Assembly (NCBI RefSeq): GCF_036321535.1
Contig: NC_087436.1
Coordinates: forward strand, 69,690,001-69,754,000
Reading direction: 5' to 3'
Origin: Camelus dromedarius
Taxonomy: Eukaryota
DNA length: 64,000 nucleotides
The notes below the pieces were generated by a model. It worked only from the letters and a program-made list of their open reading frames with translations, did no database searches and was not told the DNA's origin. Made by a program: the position numbers and the translations under genes. This document shows positions 26,713 through 39,800 of the stretch, in pieces (positions within the stretch are counted from its first letter, which is position 1; the number at the start of each line of letters is the position of its first letter).

Positions 26713-28760
26713 AACTCTTACAATTATTAACAACAATGCAGTAGATGCAATTGTACCTTGTCCCCAAGGGCACGACTGCATTTGGTCCTAGGGATGAAGT
26801 CTCACTGCTCAGTACTCTCCTTGTATCTCTCTTCCTAGGACTACTTCTCTTTCTTTTTTCATTGATTTCTTTTGCTCAGATGTAACACTGATATCCTCTA
26901 GGGTCCCTCCGCAGCCTCTTTTTCTTCTATATACCTCTTCCCCTATCATCTTGCCACTTTGAGAATTTTAATTCTCACCTATGGTCTGATGATGTTGAAA
27001 TATTTAGATGTGATTCTGAATTTCTGCCCCTCAATTTAGACTGGCATACCCAATTATCTTCTGAACATCTCTGTTTATTTTTATATTTCTCAAATTAAAA
27101 TATAAGCACCACAATCACCTTTTCACTTGAATCACTTGTTCACAGAATGCATCCATGTGAAACCACATCTTGTTCCAAATCTGTCAGATCTATATTTTTT
27201 ATTATAATAAGATGAAACAGAAAAATATTATTTATGTAGCTGCTTTTGCAGATAACTAAATAAGCTTCTAGGATTTGTACTCTCTCCTGAAACTCTCCAG
27301 ACTAATTTTCCTCATTCGTATATGTTTGCAGTGAGAGATTTTCTCCCCCCACTAACTGGAGTCCTTAAAAACACTTAAAACAGAAAAAGGAAGTAGAGAA
27401 CCTTGGTACCATCCTTGCAAAATCACATAAGCACATTGATGAGTATTTGTCTTTCAAATGAAACACCATTTCATTTTCAAGGACATGGAATGGGGTCATG
27501 GAGATAAAAGTGCTTTTTCCCCCCTTTATTACAAAATAGTGGGACATGTTCTTGTCCATCAGTCTTCTAAAACCATCACTTGTTTGTGGAGTTGTGGAGT
27601 TGAATTGTAGATATATAAAAATGCCACTTCTGGGTTTATTGTCTGTTCTTTTCGTTCCTGACTGTCAAGCATATTCTGCACATTTCCTAGAGTGTTGAAT
27701 AAAAAAGAAGGCAAAATAATGTCTATATTTTAATTTCCCAAGCTAAAATATGGGTCTAGTTATATTGAAAATTAATTTTTAAACTTCTCCATTTAAATGA
27801 CAGATGTTACTTTGAAACTTAAATTTATAATAACTTATAGGCTTTTTGCTTTTATCATTTTCTCTCCAAAGGGTCACATAACTTATATATTCCCATTGTC
27901 TTAAATAGTCTTAATAACTACTGTTTGGGTGATAGTGAATAAAGCAAGAAAGGAAAGAAAGATGGAAGGAAGGAAAAAGAAATGGAAAAAAGGAATATAG
28001 TCAAACATACTGAAATCCATTTCTAAAGTGACTAGTACAGGAGCATTTTTCTTTAAAAAGGATCCCAATTGTTCAGAAGAGTGTATTAGAGATTAGTGTA
28101 TTTTGGAGAAGAGCCTATGTAACCACAATATTTAGAATTTCTTCTTAAAATTATTGATTTTAATTATCTAGCTGTCTCCTTCAAACATACATTCTTTTCT
28201 ATATTACCCAGAAAGGCCACAAAGGTACTAAAGGAGACAGTTTCCAGTGGGGCTTTCTTAATACACTCTAGAAATGTTTCCTTAAAACAAATGATAGAAA
28301 AATCAAATCCAAGTTTAATTTGGAGCTCAAACCAATATGCAAATAGCATTATTGAGTCTAACATAATAACCAAAACAAAATTAACAATAATGTTTTGTTC
28401 TGACTACATAAAATTATCCAGCCTAAAAGAAATAAAGTAAATGAATTTTCTAGAGAAGCAGTGAAAAGATTTATTTTTATGTCACATGTAAACATATCAC
28501 CGCATAACTTCACTTGAAGTATGTGAGTCTTCCACGACCCAAATTCAGGGAACTAAATTCCACATAGTAGCGTTCAACTTGCTAAGTAAGACATAAAGTT
28601 CCGACCTCCAGGCACCTATTTTGTTGAGGACAAATTTATCAACTCAAACCATGTAAGTCATTGGATTTTGACAGGAATCATATCTATTTTATGGTTGTAA
28701 ACAGCTGAGAGAAAATGAAATAGTAAAATGTAAATATTAATTTCAAGAAAACATAGTCAA

Positions 28761-28891
28761 GGCGGGAGGGTATAGTTCAAGTGGTAGAGCGCATGCTTAG
28801 CATACATGAGGTCCTGGGTTCAACCCCCAGTACCCCCTCTAAGAATAAATAAGTCAATGTAATTACCTCCCCCACCAAAAAAAAAGAAAAA
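28761..28891 (+). mobile_element. tRNA-derived camelid SINE (vic-1-like)
   Basis: A-box and B-box-like head (tagttcaagtggtagag; ggttcaacccc), A-rich tail, perfect 16-bp TSD aagaaaacatagtcaa at 28745-28760 and 28892-28907. Confidence 0.9.
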
Positions 28892-30871
28892 AAGAAAACA
28901 TAGTCAAAATAATGACTACAATTTTATTTTGACCTTTATCTCCATGTATGAGAAAATAGGTAGAGTTAACAAAATTACAGGTTTTCCTTTTGTTAGAAGG
29001 ATGTGCATCTCAGACATTAAGTTTTTAAAGTGGAAATAAAGCTAATCTACAGAAACAGCTATGTCAATTCATGTCTACATTAGCTTTATTCTACTTTTTT
29101 TTTCCTCACTGACCCTCTTTGTGTAAAATACTGAGAACTTTAAAACATCAACCACCCAGTCAGACCCTAAATATGAACATTAACTTTTCCTTAATCTGAA
29201 AAGATTTCCTGATTCTTCTTTATTTTAAAGTGAACTTCTCAGTCCTTTTGTTCCTTATCCAAACTATTTTCTTAATGATAATAATGGTGAGAAAAGTAAG
29301 AATGACAATTATAAATCCTAAAATGTACTGACCAACTCTACTGTATGCATTTTTCACAATTTTTTTCTCAAAACTATTACTCTATCATCTTGCAAGTGAG
29401 AAAATGGCAGCTGAAAATTAAGCAAGTTGCCTCTGAAGGTCTCCATTTTACTTAGTTCTATTTATTATGTTTTGTTTTTTTCCTGACATTTTCCTTATAA
29501 GTGTCTTCATTTGGTTATTTCTTCCTGGTATTTTCATGGACTCCTCTTCTTTCTCCCATGCGTGACATTAATGTTCTAAGTTTCTGAACTCAGCTTACTT
29601 ATTATCGGACTGCACTTTTCCTGTATCATCTTACCCTTGTTAATTACCTCTTATGTCCAAGGATTCCCTAATGCCTTCAAAACGCTCCTAGGCAGTCTGT
29701 ATAGTTGTTTGTCTCCCAGATTAATATGAAAGTAACTTAGGGCAATTTCAATATCTTTTCAATCCCCTGGATGCAAACAAATATCTTACATCCAGTTGCA
29801 CTTAAAGAATGTTTCTATTTTTTCATCTCATATCTCTATATTACAGTAGAATAACATAGTAATATAACATACAGCTCAGCTGTTTGGGGACTTAGACAAT
29901 GTACTTCAAGAATCTGTCAAGGACTCTCCAGCTTTGGGTTTCTCTCAATGGTATGAATTGATAGCTAAAGATCATCCGGTCATTGGAGGAGATTAAAAAA
30001 CCATAAAACAGGAAAGGGCGTTATAAAACTTGGCTAGGGTTGTATCCTCATGGCAGCACACTCGTGAGATGTCAATATTGTTTTGTTGTGCTGTGCTGTT
30101 AATGAAACACCTTGATGTTTTCAAGGGCATGACAGTTGGTCTTGGAAGAAAATGTATTATTCTTCCTTTATTTAAAGATAGCAATATAAACTCCAGTCTA
30201 TTAGATTTATAAAGTCATCAGTGTGTCATGGAATATAAGATTATAGATAAAATAAGAAAGCCATTTCTGAGCTTGGAGTTAGCAGCTGTTATTTTGAATA
30301 TCACACATATTCCACAACTTCCTATCTTGTCAAATATAATTTTAAATATATCTCATTTAATATATAACAATTTAATTTAGTGTTCTAACCTAAAATATAA
30401 GATATGTTAAATTTCAGAGTGGTTTACATCTTCATTTACATTAAAGTAGGATCACTTGAATTTTTATTCACGATTCCTTATATTTACTTTATCCACATAT
30501 TGCTTTTAATCTGCTCAGTAATGTGACCTAGTGCCTATAAAAGTGCTTAACACCTGTTGTTTCAAAGAATAAGGAAAGAATACAAGAAGGAAGAAAGGGA
30601 GGAAGGGAGGGAGGGAGGGAAGGAGGTACGAAGGGAGGGAAGAAGAAAAACTGTAAAGGAAAAGAACATAATAAAACCTGTTGAAAATAAACCTTGCACA
30701 TGACTTAGCCATGTTTATTTTAAAAGGCAGACTTATTCCAATAGTTATTTAGAGGGAGCCTACGTGAATACAATATTTAGAAATCAAATGCCAAAATACT
30801 ATATTTGAATTATCTAGCTGCCACAATCAAACATGCATATGTATTTCTTTATGATCCAAAGCAAAAGGACA

Positions 30872-31005
30872 GGGGTGAGAGTGTAGCTAATGGTAGAGTT
30901 ATGTGCTTAGCATGCAAGAGGTCCTAGGTTCAATCCCCAGTACCTCCATTAACCACCCCTCAAAATAAATGAATGAATAAATAAATAAATATCTTAAAAA
31001 AAAAC
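30872..31005 (+). mobile_element. tRNA-derived camelid SINE (vic-1-like)
   Basis: gtagctaatggtagag...gaggtcctaggttcaatccccagtacctcc, A-rich tail, TSD aaag(c/a)aaaaggaca. Confidence 0.88.
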
Positions 31006-31212
31006 AAAGAAAAAGGACAATCTCCAATGGAGAATGAGAGTTACTAGCTTACTGTCTGAGTACCTAAAACCTTATTTATTACCTGGAAGTCTAATATGTA
31101 CTTTGCCATAATTGATTATATTTTTAACCTTAAGATAAATTCAGAATTTATGTGTATGTTATTTCTTTGCTAACAAAATGATCTTTTGGAAAGATTATTT
31201 ATTGTTTTTAAG

Positions 31213-33100
31213 ATATACATGAACTTTTCTATTTTATTCCCGTATTAAATTTTGCCTTCTTTTTACATTTTAATTTCCATCATTAAGAAGTTACCTTTTT
31301 GATATTCTCATAACATTTTGACTTTTGAATATATTCCCATCACATTTTGGTCAACTTATCTCATATAAGTTTATTATAAAAACACTTGAAATAAGGGAAT
31401 ATAATCTAAATTTTCTTTATATCACTAGTGTCACAATGCTTTAGCACATAGAATGATCACATTTGACAAAGAATGAATTATTACTACTTTATCATATCTA
31501 CTTAATTTTATTTTAGATAAAATTGAGTTTGTATACACTACCTTTATTCTAATTCTGGTAATTTCCATGTCTATAAGCACATAAGAAAATCTAGATAATA
31601 AATTCTTATTAACTACACTGATGAGGTCCAATTCTTATTAATTAACATTATCTAATATATTTGTGTTTTAAACTACATTTATATTCATCTACATGTTGTC
31701 TATTAATACTTTTCACATAAATATTTTCCTCAAGTTAGACTACAAAATTTCCTGAAGTTGACCAAATATATTTTCATTCACACACACCAAGATGTATTTG
31801 GCTCAAAAATCAAAATTGAAAAAGATTACTCAGTAAAGAAGTGGGGTGACAGAGTACTCTTGAATATAAAAATCACTGGAATAAAAGCCAGTATTTCCTG
31901 ACTTGAGTCCAACTGTGTCTTTATACTCTTCACATGACTTCCCTGGATCTCTCTTCCTCTTCTGGTAAACTTAGAGGAACTTTCTTGTATTCAGTTACTG
32001 AGAAAGTCATACATGATTAGTGGCAATACTCTAAATACTAACATGTGCTCTATTCTGAGTTTAAAACTACAAATGAGTTATGAAACCATCATTTACCACC
32101 TCATATGGCATGGAAAAGAAGGAGGGTATAATAGAAAAGAAGAAAAAAAAAACAGTTTAATGAACCTATCAGAAAAGCAAATATTTGAATTTAAGAAACT
32201 CTTGCTCTTTCGAAATGGAGAAACATCTATTTTCACTATTAGCTTTATAATAATAATCTTTAAATAGAAATCACTAGTTTAATATACAAATTACCCAATG
32301 ATCTGTATCAGTTCCATGTTTAATCATGATAGTGGCACAGGGCTCATTGTAATTTTACCTTACTACACATGCATATAGCTATTCCAATAGATATCAGACA
32401 TTTAGTTTAAAAGGATGTTTTCTATGTAATAGAGGAACATTTTGACATTAAAATTAGAGGTAACTGTATGTTTTGTGTTTTAATAAAATTGCATTCATAG
32501 ATTTCTCAAAACATATCAAAAATATATTGATTAAACTTTTTTAGAAAAAAATGGTTAGATACAGTTCTCCTAAGTCATTCTTCATAGCTCACATAAATTT
32601 GATGTTTTTTTCTACCAGAGACCACTTCCTTTCAGACTTAGAAATTCATGAAAGTTACAATTTATTTCCAATAAGCCAAAATTGTAATCAATTATTAACA
32701 CTTTTAATGATAATTGGCATTTCTTAAATTATTTCTAGCTCTTATCAACCTGTATTCAAGTTTTATTTTTATTCTCAGAGGGCTGTTGATCTTTTTGTTT
32801 GCTTATGTCCTAACTCTCAGTTCCCTCAATTTCACACAAATACCTCCACACATTATCTTCTTTCTGGACTACCTGGTTCTTACACTTAAGGAAGTTCCTG
32901 TATACAGGTAAGTGTGTTGATGAACTATGGATACAATTATTGTAATGTATTAAACATATGACATCAACTATATACCCACTGAAATAGTATGGGGCTTCAT
33001 ATATTATAGGACTTTCTTTCTTTCTATTTGCATCCTACAGAACTCATCTACTTCAGGCCTTTTACATCTCGCTGTGGTAAAAAGTTCCTTTTTTTTCATC
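31213..33100 (+). pseudogene. Probable decayed SCPP (statherin/histatin-like) paralog
   Basis: Segments 31710-31790, 31950-32005 and 32160-32215 align by eye to intron 2 of genes 1 and 2. There are exon-like remnants at ~31213-31284, 32545-32573, 32619-32651 and 32779-32907, and an acceptor at 33040. Confidence 0.45.
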
Positions 33101-34575
33101 CTCATATTAGCTGTACACCAGTTGCATAAGAAGTTATGAGGCTAGCTAATTTTGATAAAAGTCTGCCTTTGGTCTTTTCTTTAATATTTTCATTAATCCC
33201 ATTAGGCAGTCAAGTGTTATACAATGTTTACTCTACATTCTAACTTAAATTTCCAATGAGCACTTCAAACTTAACTTTTATAAACTAAGCTCCTAATTTT
33301 TCCCCCTAAACCAGCTCCTCTCTCCATCTTTGCTATCTCAGTAAATAGTAACTACATTATTCCAGGTGATCAAGCCAAAAATCTGGAATAATTATTGACC
33401 TTTTCCTTTCTCTCTCACTTTACCTCTAAGTTATTAAATTTTATCTTCTCTAAGTTTCAGAGTATATCTAGAATATTACAATTCTTAACCATCCCCTCTA
33501 CTGGCACAATCACATATCTAGACTACTATAGTAGGCTCTAAACGGTTCATGTCTCTTCCCTTGACCCCTTAAGATATCTCCTATTTGACATCAGTTTCCA
33601 ATCAATGTCATTGTCTTCTTAAAGTCCTTTCATTACCAGAGAACCCTGTATTATTGGTCCCATTTGCTTCTCTGACTTTGTTTCCACCAAATTCACTATT
33701 TCACACTGGTCTATCCAGTATTTCTCAGACTTGCCAGGAAGACTTATAAATCAGGGCCTCTGTAAATGGGTTCTTTCTGAACTACCTGCAAGATTTACTT
33801 TCTTCTAGTTTTTGCTCTTTTGCTAGGGGAAACAGTTCCTGTTCACACTATCCAGCTGTGAACACCTTATCCCAACCAGTACTTCCCATTCGCTTTCTAC
33901 AATTCAGCTTTCTCTTTAGCATGAAACATGATCACACCAACAATTTATTATTTATCATGGGTTCATCTCTCTCAGCCAGTTAAAATATAAGCTCCGTGAA
34001 AGAAGAGATTTTTCTTTCACTTATGGTTTTCTTCTAGATGGTTAGAATAATTCCTGGCACATCCTGATTCATTTCCCAATAATTACATGCACTTAGAAAC
34101 TAACATTTTCTCCAAAGGTCTCAAATTGGCTCAAATTGCCCAGCAAACTTGGGCAAAATTTAGCTGGGCTTGGGTTTTGTCTGCAGACACGATATTTTTA
34201 AACAACTTTAATTTATTGACAGTCAACATACAAAAATATCCCGAATAAATAATGAAACACTCAGCTTACCCTAAAAGGTGGAAGATTTGATGACAATGGG
34301 GCTTGGATGTTACATGTCAAAATTGACTGGAGCTGAGAATTACCTGGCTGACACTTTCAGGAAGGCCACATTACAGTCCCCATGATGCCTTCTTTTCCTT
34401 AAACCTGGACTGACTTCAGGCACTTATGTGCCTGGTTACTCCAGCCATCTCATTTTGTGACTTCTGAAAAAGTAGGTGCCATGGAGATACCAATTCACTT
34501 CACAGAAATTATTTCTAATCATTATAATTATATAAATTAGATTGAATGTGGGAGCCCATGACTGGGTGAACAAAT

Positions 34576-35335
34576 TGTAACAGACCCCAGCCACTTGTCT
34601 CCTTAAAGAAGAGCAAATGTGCTTAGTAACTGCCTTGCTTGCATAGTTGAGGTTGTAGGTAGCACTCTGCTCGTTGCAAAGCAACGACCCAGGCCCTCGG
34701 CTATAAACGCTGGGCGTGCCTGCTGTTAGATAGTCTTCTGTCCCCAAAGCAAGGAACTGGCTGGTCTGGTGGTCTGCTTCAACATATCTATAAGAATGTA
34801 TCTTGCTCCCCTCCTCCCATGACTTCCCTAAAGGTAAACTGTAGGCCCCCAAAGGAACGAGTCTTGGGCTGGAACGGTAAACAAGTTATAAAAAGCTGCA
34901 GACTCAGAGGTGAGAAGGCTGGTTAGCCAATGACGGGTAAGATCTCCAGAGGGGGGCAACCTAAGACAGGCACAGCCACCTGAGTCCAAGAAAAACGTTA
35001 AGCAGCTGCTTCTCATACATTCCACCCTGATAAGCTGTAAGGCTGGCTGATGTCAACATGAACATGATTTACCAAAACATAAAGGGTCTTCTGACCTTGA
35101 GCCAAACTCAACAATCTTGATCCCACCCTGTCTTTCCCTAAATTCCTGCATTCCGGGTCACATAACTGTCAGTGATTTCTCCTTTGATTGTACACAACAA
35201 ATGTGGGAGCATTTGAGAGGTTCGTGGAGTTGGCTCCTGACTCCCTCTCGCTCTCTTGACTTTTTGCACAGAGTCTCGAGTAATTCAGTCCATCTCTGTG
35301 GGACTTCTGCTGGTGAAAACCCACAGCTGGTGACA
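34576..35335. mobile_element. Probable ERV solo LTR
   Basis: GC-richer block of about 760 bp bounded by TG...CA with CCAAT and TATA-like motifs. No clean TSD seen; family not identified. Confidence 0.55.
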
Positions 35336-35622
35336 AACCCACAATTAAATATGAATATTATTACCGATTGGGAAACTACTGAGAGAAGTTAAGAAAGTAA
35401 ATGTTTATGAAAGTTACTACTAACTAATATGAGAGCTGAGTTTCCCATTATATCACATAGACTTGCATAAGGCTAACCATATTTTTAGTGTTGGCAAACG
35501 GTAAGCAATGAATATGAAAAATGTATGTTCTCATGTATTAATGAAATTTTAATTAACACATCCAAAATATCATTTTAGATATTTGTTTAAAGAGTTTTAG
35601 ACTAAAAGACACATTGAGGTAC

Positions 35623-35897
35623 TTCTAGGAAAAAAAAAATCCTGAACCACACAGCTGGTACATAGCAGAGGTTAGCCACACAAACACAAACTATAAATAA
35701 TTCCTACACACTATAAAATCCTCATTTCTTATAATCATGTTCTAAATCAACCTGAGTAGAAGCATTCCTTGGAATATGTGGTACAAAAATTGGATGGGAA
35801 AACAATTCTAATTGTCATGACTTCTTAGAATTCGAATTCTTTTTTAGGTATTTCAAACCACAGAGTTACCATATTATGGAGGAACAAGATTTAAATA
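35623..35897 (+). promoter_or_regulatory. CSN1S2: CSN1S2 proximal promoter: STAT5 GAS sites TTCTAGGAA (35623-35631) and TTCTTAGAA (35822-35830), RUNX-like AACCACA (~35856-35862), TTTAAATA box (35890-35897)
   Basis: The motifs are read directly. The arrangement matches the known calcium-sensitive casein promoter layout. Confidence 0.8.
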
Positions 35898-35916
35898 GCA
35901 CCACAACCCATCTCTG

Positions 35917-35960
35917 ATCTCCCACTGCCTGGACTACTTGTCTTCCCTTCAGGAAATAAG
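35917..35960 (+). other. CSN1S2: CSN1S2 non-coding exon 1
   Basis: ccactgcctggactacttgtcttcc...aaataag|gtaat; about 44 nt, downstream of the TATA variant. The start is approximate. Confidence 0.85.
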
Positions 35961-36817
35961 GTAATATTTTCATTTATCTTCCTGTTGTTCTATATAACTT
36001 ATGATTTTGTAAAACTTAATAACATTTCTCCAAAAAGTATTTTTAAAGAAACTAGTCAGTGTACCTTAAGATGCACTGAGAGATTGTTCGATAACTAATT
36101 GTTTGGTAGCTACTGATTTACCTCCTTTTCAGTGCTTCTGAATACAATTAACGTATAGATGTTGGAAACTATTGACTCCCTCAAGATTCAGCAGCCTGTC
36201 CTAAGTTGAGCTGGGATCAGCAATTCTCCTTGTACCTGACACAGTATTATTTCTACCTGCTAATTCTTCTCCTTATGAGGAAGCCAGACTCCATGTTTTG
36301 GCTCACCTGAAATCTGATTTAAAAATTAGTTCCTCTTGCATTTTGCATTTCTGATAGTCATTCTCCACAAGATTAAAGAAGAGTTGTAAATAATATGCAT
36401 ATGTCAATAATATATAAATAATATATAAATTTTTTTCATTACTGTATCTTCACGTCTGGAAGAGTACCTGGCATAGTAGCAAATATTCCTTAATTTAAAT
36501 AGTCAATTAATTAACCACTTATACATAGGGTCAATAACCCTACTAACTTGCTAGGCCCGAAAGGACCTCCCACAGTTTAGAAACCAAGATTTTACATTAT
36601 GTTGTGTTAATTTCTCCTTATAAAGAACTTGTCATATTCACATCCATGTGTTTCTCAGTGAACCTGCTTTTATCAGTCTTCATTTCCCTTTCCCAATTAT
36701 TTGGTACAAATATAAATTAATATATAATTAATGAGGAAATATGGGAAATATGTGATTTCAAAAAGAGTAAAACTATTATTGATCAGCTCCATATCTGTTC
36801 CACAGGACTAAGTAAAC

Positions 36818-36868
36818 ATGAAATTTTTCATTTTTACCTGCCTTTTGGCTGTTGTTCTTGCAAAGCAT
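36818..36868 (+). CDS. CSN1S2: CSN1S2 exon, signal peptide MKFFIFTCLLAVVLAKH
   Basis: Acceptor at 36805, ATG at 36818, gtaagt donor. Confidence 0.96.
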
Positions 36869-39800
36869 GTAAGTATAATAAGATATTTATAAGTACCTCC
36901 TGTTATTTAAATATTAGAAGAGTGAATCTTTTATGCAGACAATGGCAAGGGTAGGCAGCAGGGAAGAGAGACTAAGTGTGTGAACTTTTATAATCAAAGA
37001 TGGCACTGGCCCTGCCTTATATAAGATATCAAGGTGGATAAAAATACTTTTTATTAAGTGTTTTCCTTGTAGGGTTGGACAAACTTTAGTTATAGGTTAA
37101 ATGGCATACCCTTTCTTCTATATCTGTTTGAATGTACCTGGGAACTCTTTTCACCCCAAGAACAACTTCCTAAAAGTAAGAAATATATTAAGCATTAAGA
37201 AGGATTTATTTGAAGTACAGAATTATTTGCTTTTTAATATTATAAGCTTCTATACTATTCCAATAATAATGAAAATAATTCAACTAAACCCTACACATTC
37301 CCAGAAACAGAATTCTAAAAGCCCCGGCCACCAAAACAAAACAAAAACCACAAAAATGAAAACAAACACAAACAACAACAGCAAAAAAAAAAAAAAAAAA
37401 CTCAGTGAGACAGCTTGACATTTTAAACCTACCATAAAACTGAAGCTTATATTTGTTTTTGTTTCTTATATAGGAGATGGATCAGGGCTCCTCCAGTGAG
37501 GTAAGATACTTTAGTATAAATATAAAACCCTTTCACCTGGTAAAAACGTAATATTCCCTGAACTATCACTTTTATAATAGTTTTATCACCAGTAAGTCTA
37601 GAGGTACAGAGTCAGAGAAAATTGGAAGCACAATCATAAAAAATATATATATAGGGGTGAGTAAAGACCAAAAGCCTACACATTTAAATCACCAAGAGTA
37701 AATTTGTGCGTTTTTTTCTAGACATCTCTCATATTAATGGTATTAGTTCAGAAGTCATGATGAACATTTTGTGAGAGAGTGACAGCAATCAATTGTGTTT
37801 CTGCAATAAGGACTCATGCTGTTCCTTATTAGATGCTACTTTCCAAATGACTTCCTGGCCATGGGTGCCTAACAGAGGCCCACAGACAATTTCAGCGTCA
37901 CCTAAGCATTTTCTTGTTTTCCTATGATTATTTAATCTCTTTTAAAATGACAAAAGAAAAAAGATAATAATGAAAAAAAAAGAAAAAGAAAATTGGAAAT
38001 TGTACAGAAGAAATGGGATATTTTTCCTCTCTTCTCTGTCGATGACATTTGGGAAAGCTTTGATTCAGTTATTCATAGCCCAAAAGCACAGTGTGGAATG
38101 AGTTAGTTATATGAAATATAATAAGTTAATTTAATAAAGGAAATGAAACTTTGGTTAACTTGTTGTGTAATTCAAGTAAAGATGTAAGTTATTTACCCAA
38201 TGGATAATGGTTGTGGACTGATACTTTATTAATACAATTTAGGTAAATAAATAATATTGTCTTTCTTTTTCTAAGGAATCTATCAACGTCTCTCAGCAAG
38301 TAAGTCCTAAATTCTTAAATTAAATATATTTTAACTTCCTTTATTTAATCAAAATTATAAAATAAATTTATTTATTTTATAGAAATTTAAGCAGGTAAAG
38401 AAGGTGGCCATTCATCCCAGCAAGGTAAAGTTATTACTCTATTCATCTTGATTGATGACACATCTTTATCTATAAAACATGGGTCACTTTCTCATTCATT
38501 CCAAATGAGTATCATTTTTAACTATAATTGTGAAAATGGTGATGTTTTCATTGTTTTGACAAAATGCTACGGACTAACATGAAAGGAAAAGATTTGTGAG
38601 CCATTTTTGAGCCTCACTGTTAAAGCACATTATCTTTGAAATGGTTCATCACCTTTGCTTTTTTTCCGTAATTTTGTAATCTTTTTGTTCACAAAATAGT
38701 ATTTTATTTTCTATCACTTCATGCTCAAGAATATAATACTGCATTTCAGTAAATGCTGTATCCTTCTTGGTTTTGCTTTCTTTCAGGAGGACATCTGCTC
38801 CACATTTTGCGAGGTACATATTCATTTCATATCTGTAGTATAATGTGAAGTAAAATATTATAGTACTTTGAACAGAATTGAAATTAACCTGGATTTGGAA
38901 AGTACATTTCAAGTCAATCAGATTTGAAAACCAAAATTATCTTTAAAGAATGAGACCAAATTATATCTTCATCTCTTAATTCTATGAATAATTCAAATGA
39001 AGAAAATACATCTTTGCACGAAGCAGCTAATATATTTGATTCCCAGATTCTATGAGGAATGAAGAAATTTTCCTTTAGATTCATTCTCAGTCTCCAACTA
39101 AACATTTTCATTCTTAATGCTTCAAGCTTAACATTTTTTTCTTTTTTAAATTCTTTCCTATTGAAGTATTTTTCTTAAAATTGATTAACTTAAATCAATC
39201 TGTTTATCACAGAAACAATAGCTATTTACTTCCAAAAGATGTTAATTGGCCTAGTGAGGTATTTTTCTGAATACATAACAAAACAAAAAATGACCATTAA
39301 AATGGAAAAGAAAAGCTTATCTATGAATTGCCTAAATTTATCTTGTGTATTCGTTAATTCACTTGACAGCATTTATTCAACAAGAACTATGTCCCCGATA
39401 CTATCCTAGTCTCCAGGGACACAATACAAATATGATCGCCTCTGGGATGCAACAATAGATACAATAAATGACAGTGACTACCTCTGGTTGTACGTTTACC
39501 ACCAAAGCAGAAATGCTAATATAATTCATTACAAAACTCAGACAATGAAAATGAATCCATTCTAGCGCTTTTCTTTATGGGAGACGGAAATGTCCCTTTA
39601 TACTCGGGAGAAAACGTTCTAAGTAATGCTGTGGCAATAATAGATCTAATTCTTTTTCTTCTCTCTTTTAAGGAAGCTGTAAGGAACATAAAGGAAGTGG
39701 TGAGAAATTTTTATTTATTTTGAAGAATTTTTGATTCATATTACTGATACATATTCCTATAATACTATCGATGGCATATGAGGACATCTGTAAATTTCCT

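Noticed and set aside
28761..28835. tRNA-Ala-like sequence (also at 30872 and 59531)
   Set aside because: A-rich tails, TSDs and degenerate stems show these are SINEs, not tRNA genes.
34436..35392. Cluster of ORFs in the LTR-like block
   Set aside because: No gag, pol or env motifs; chance ORFs in GC-richer sequence.
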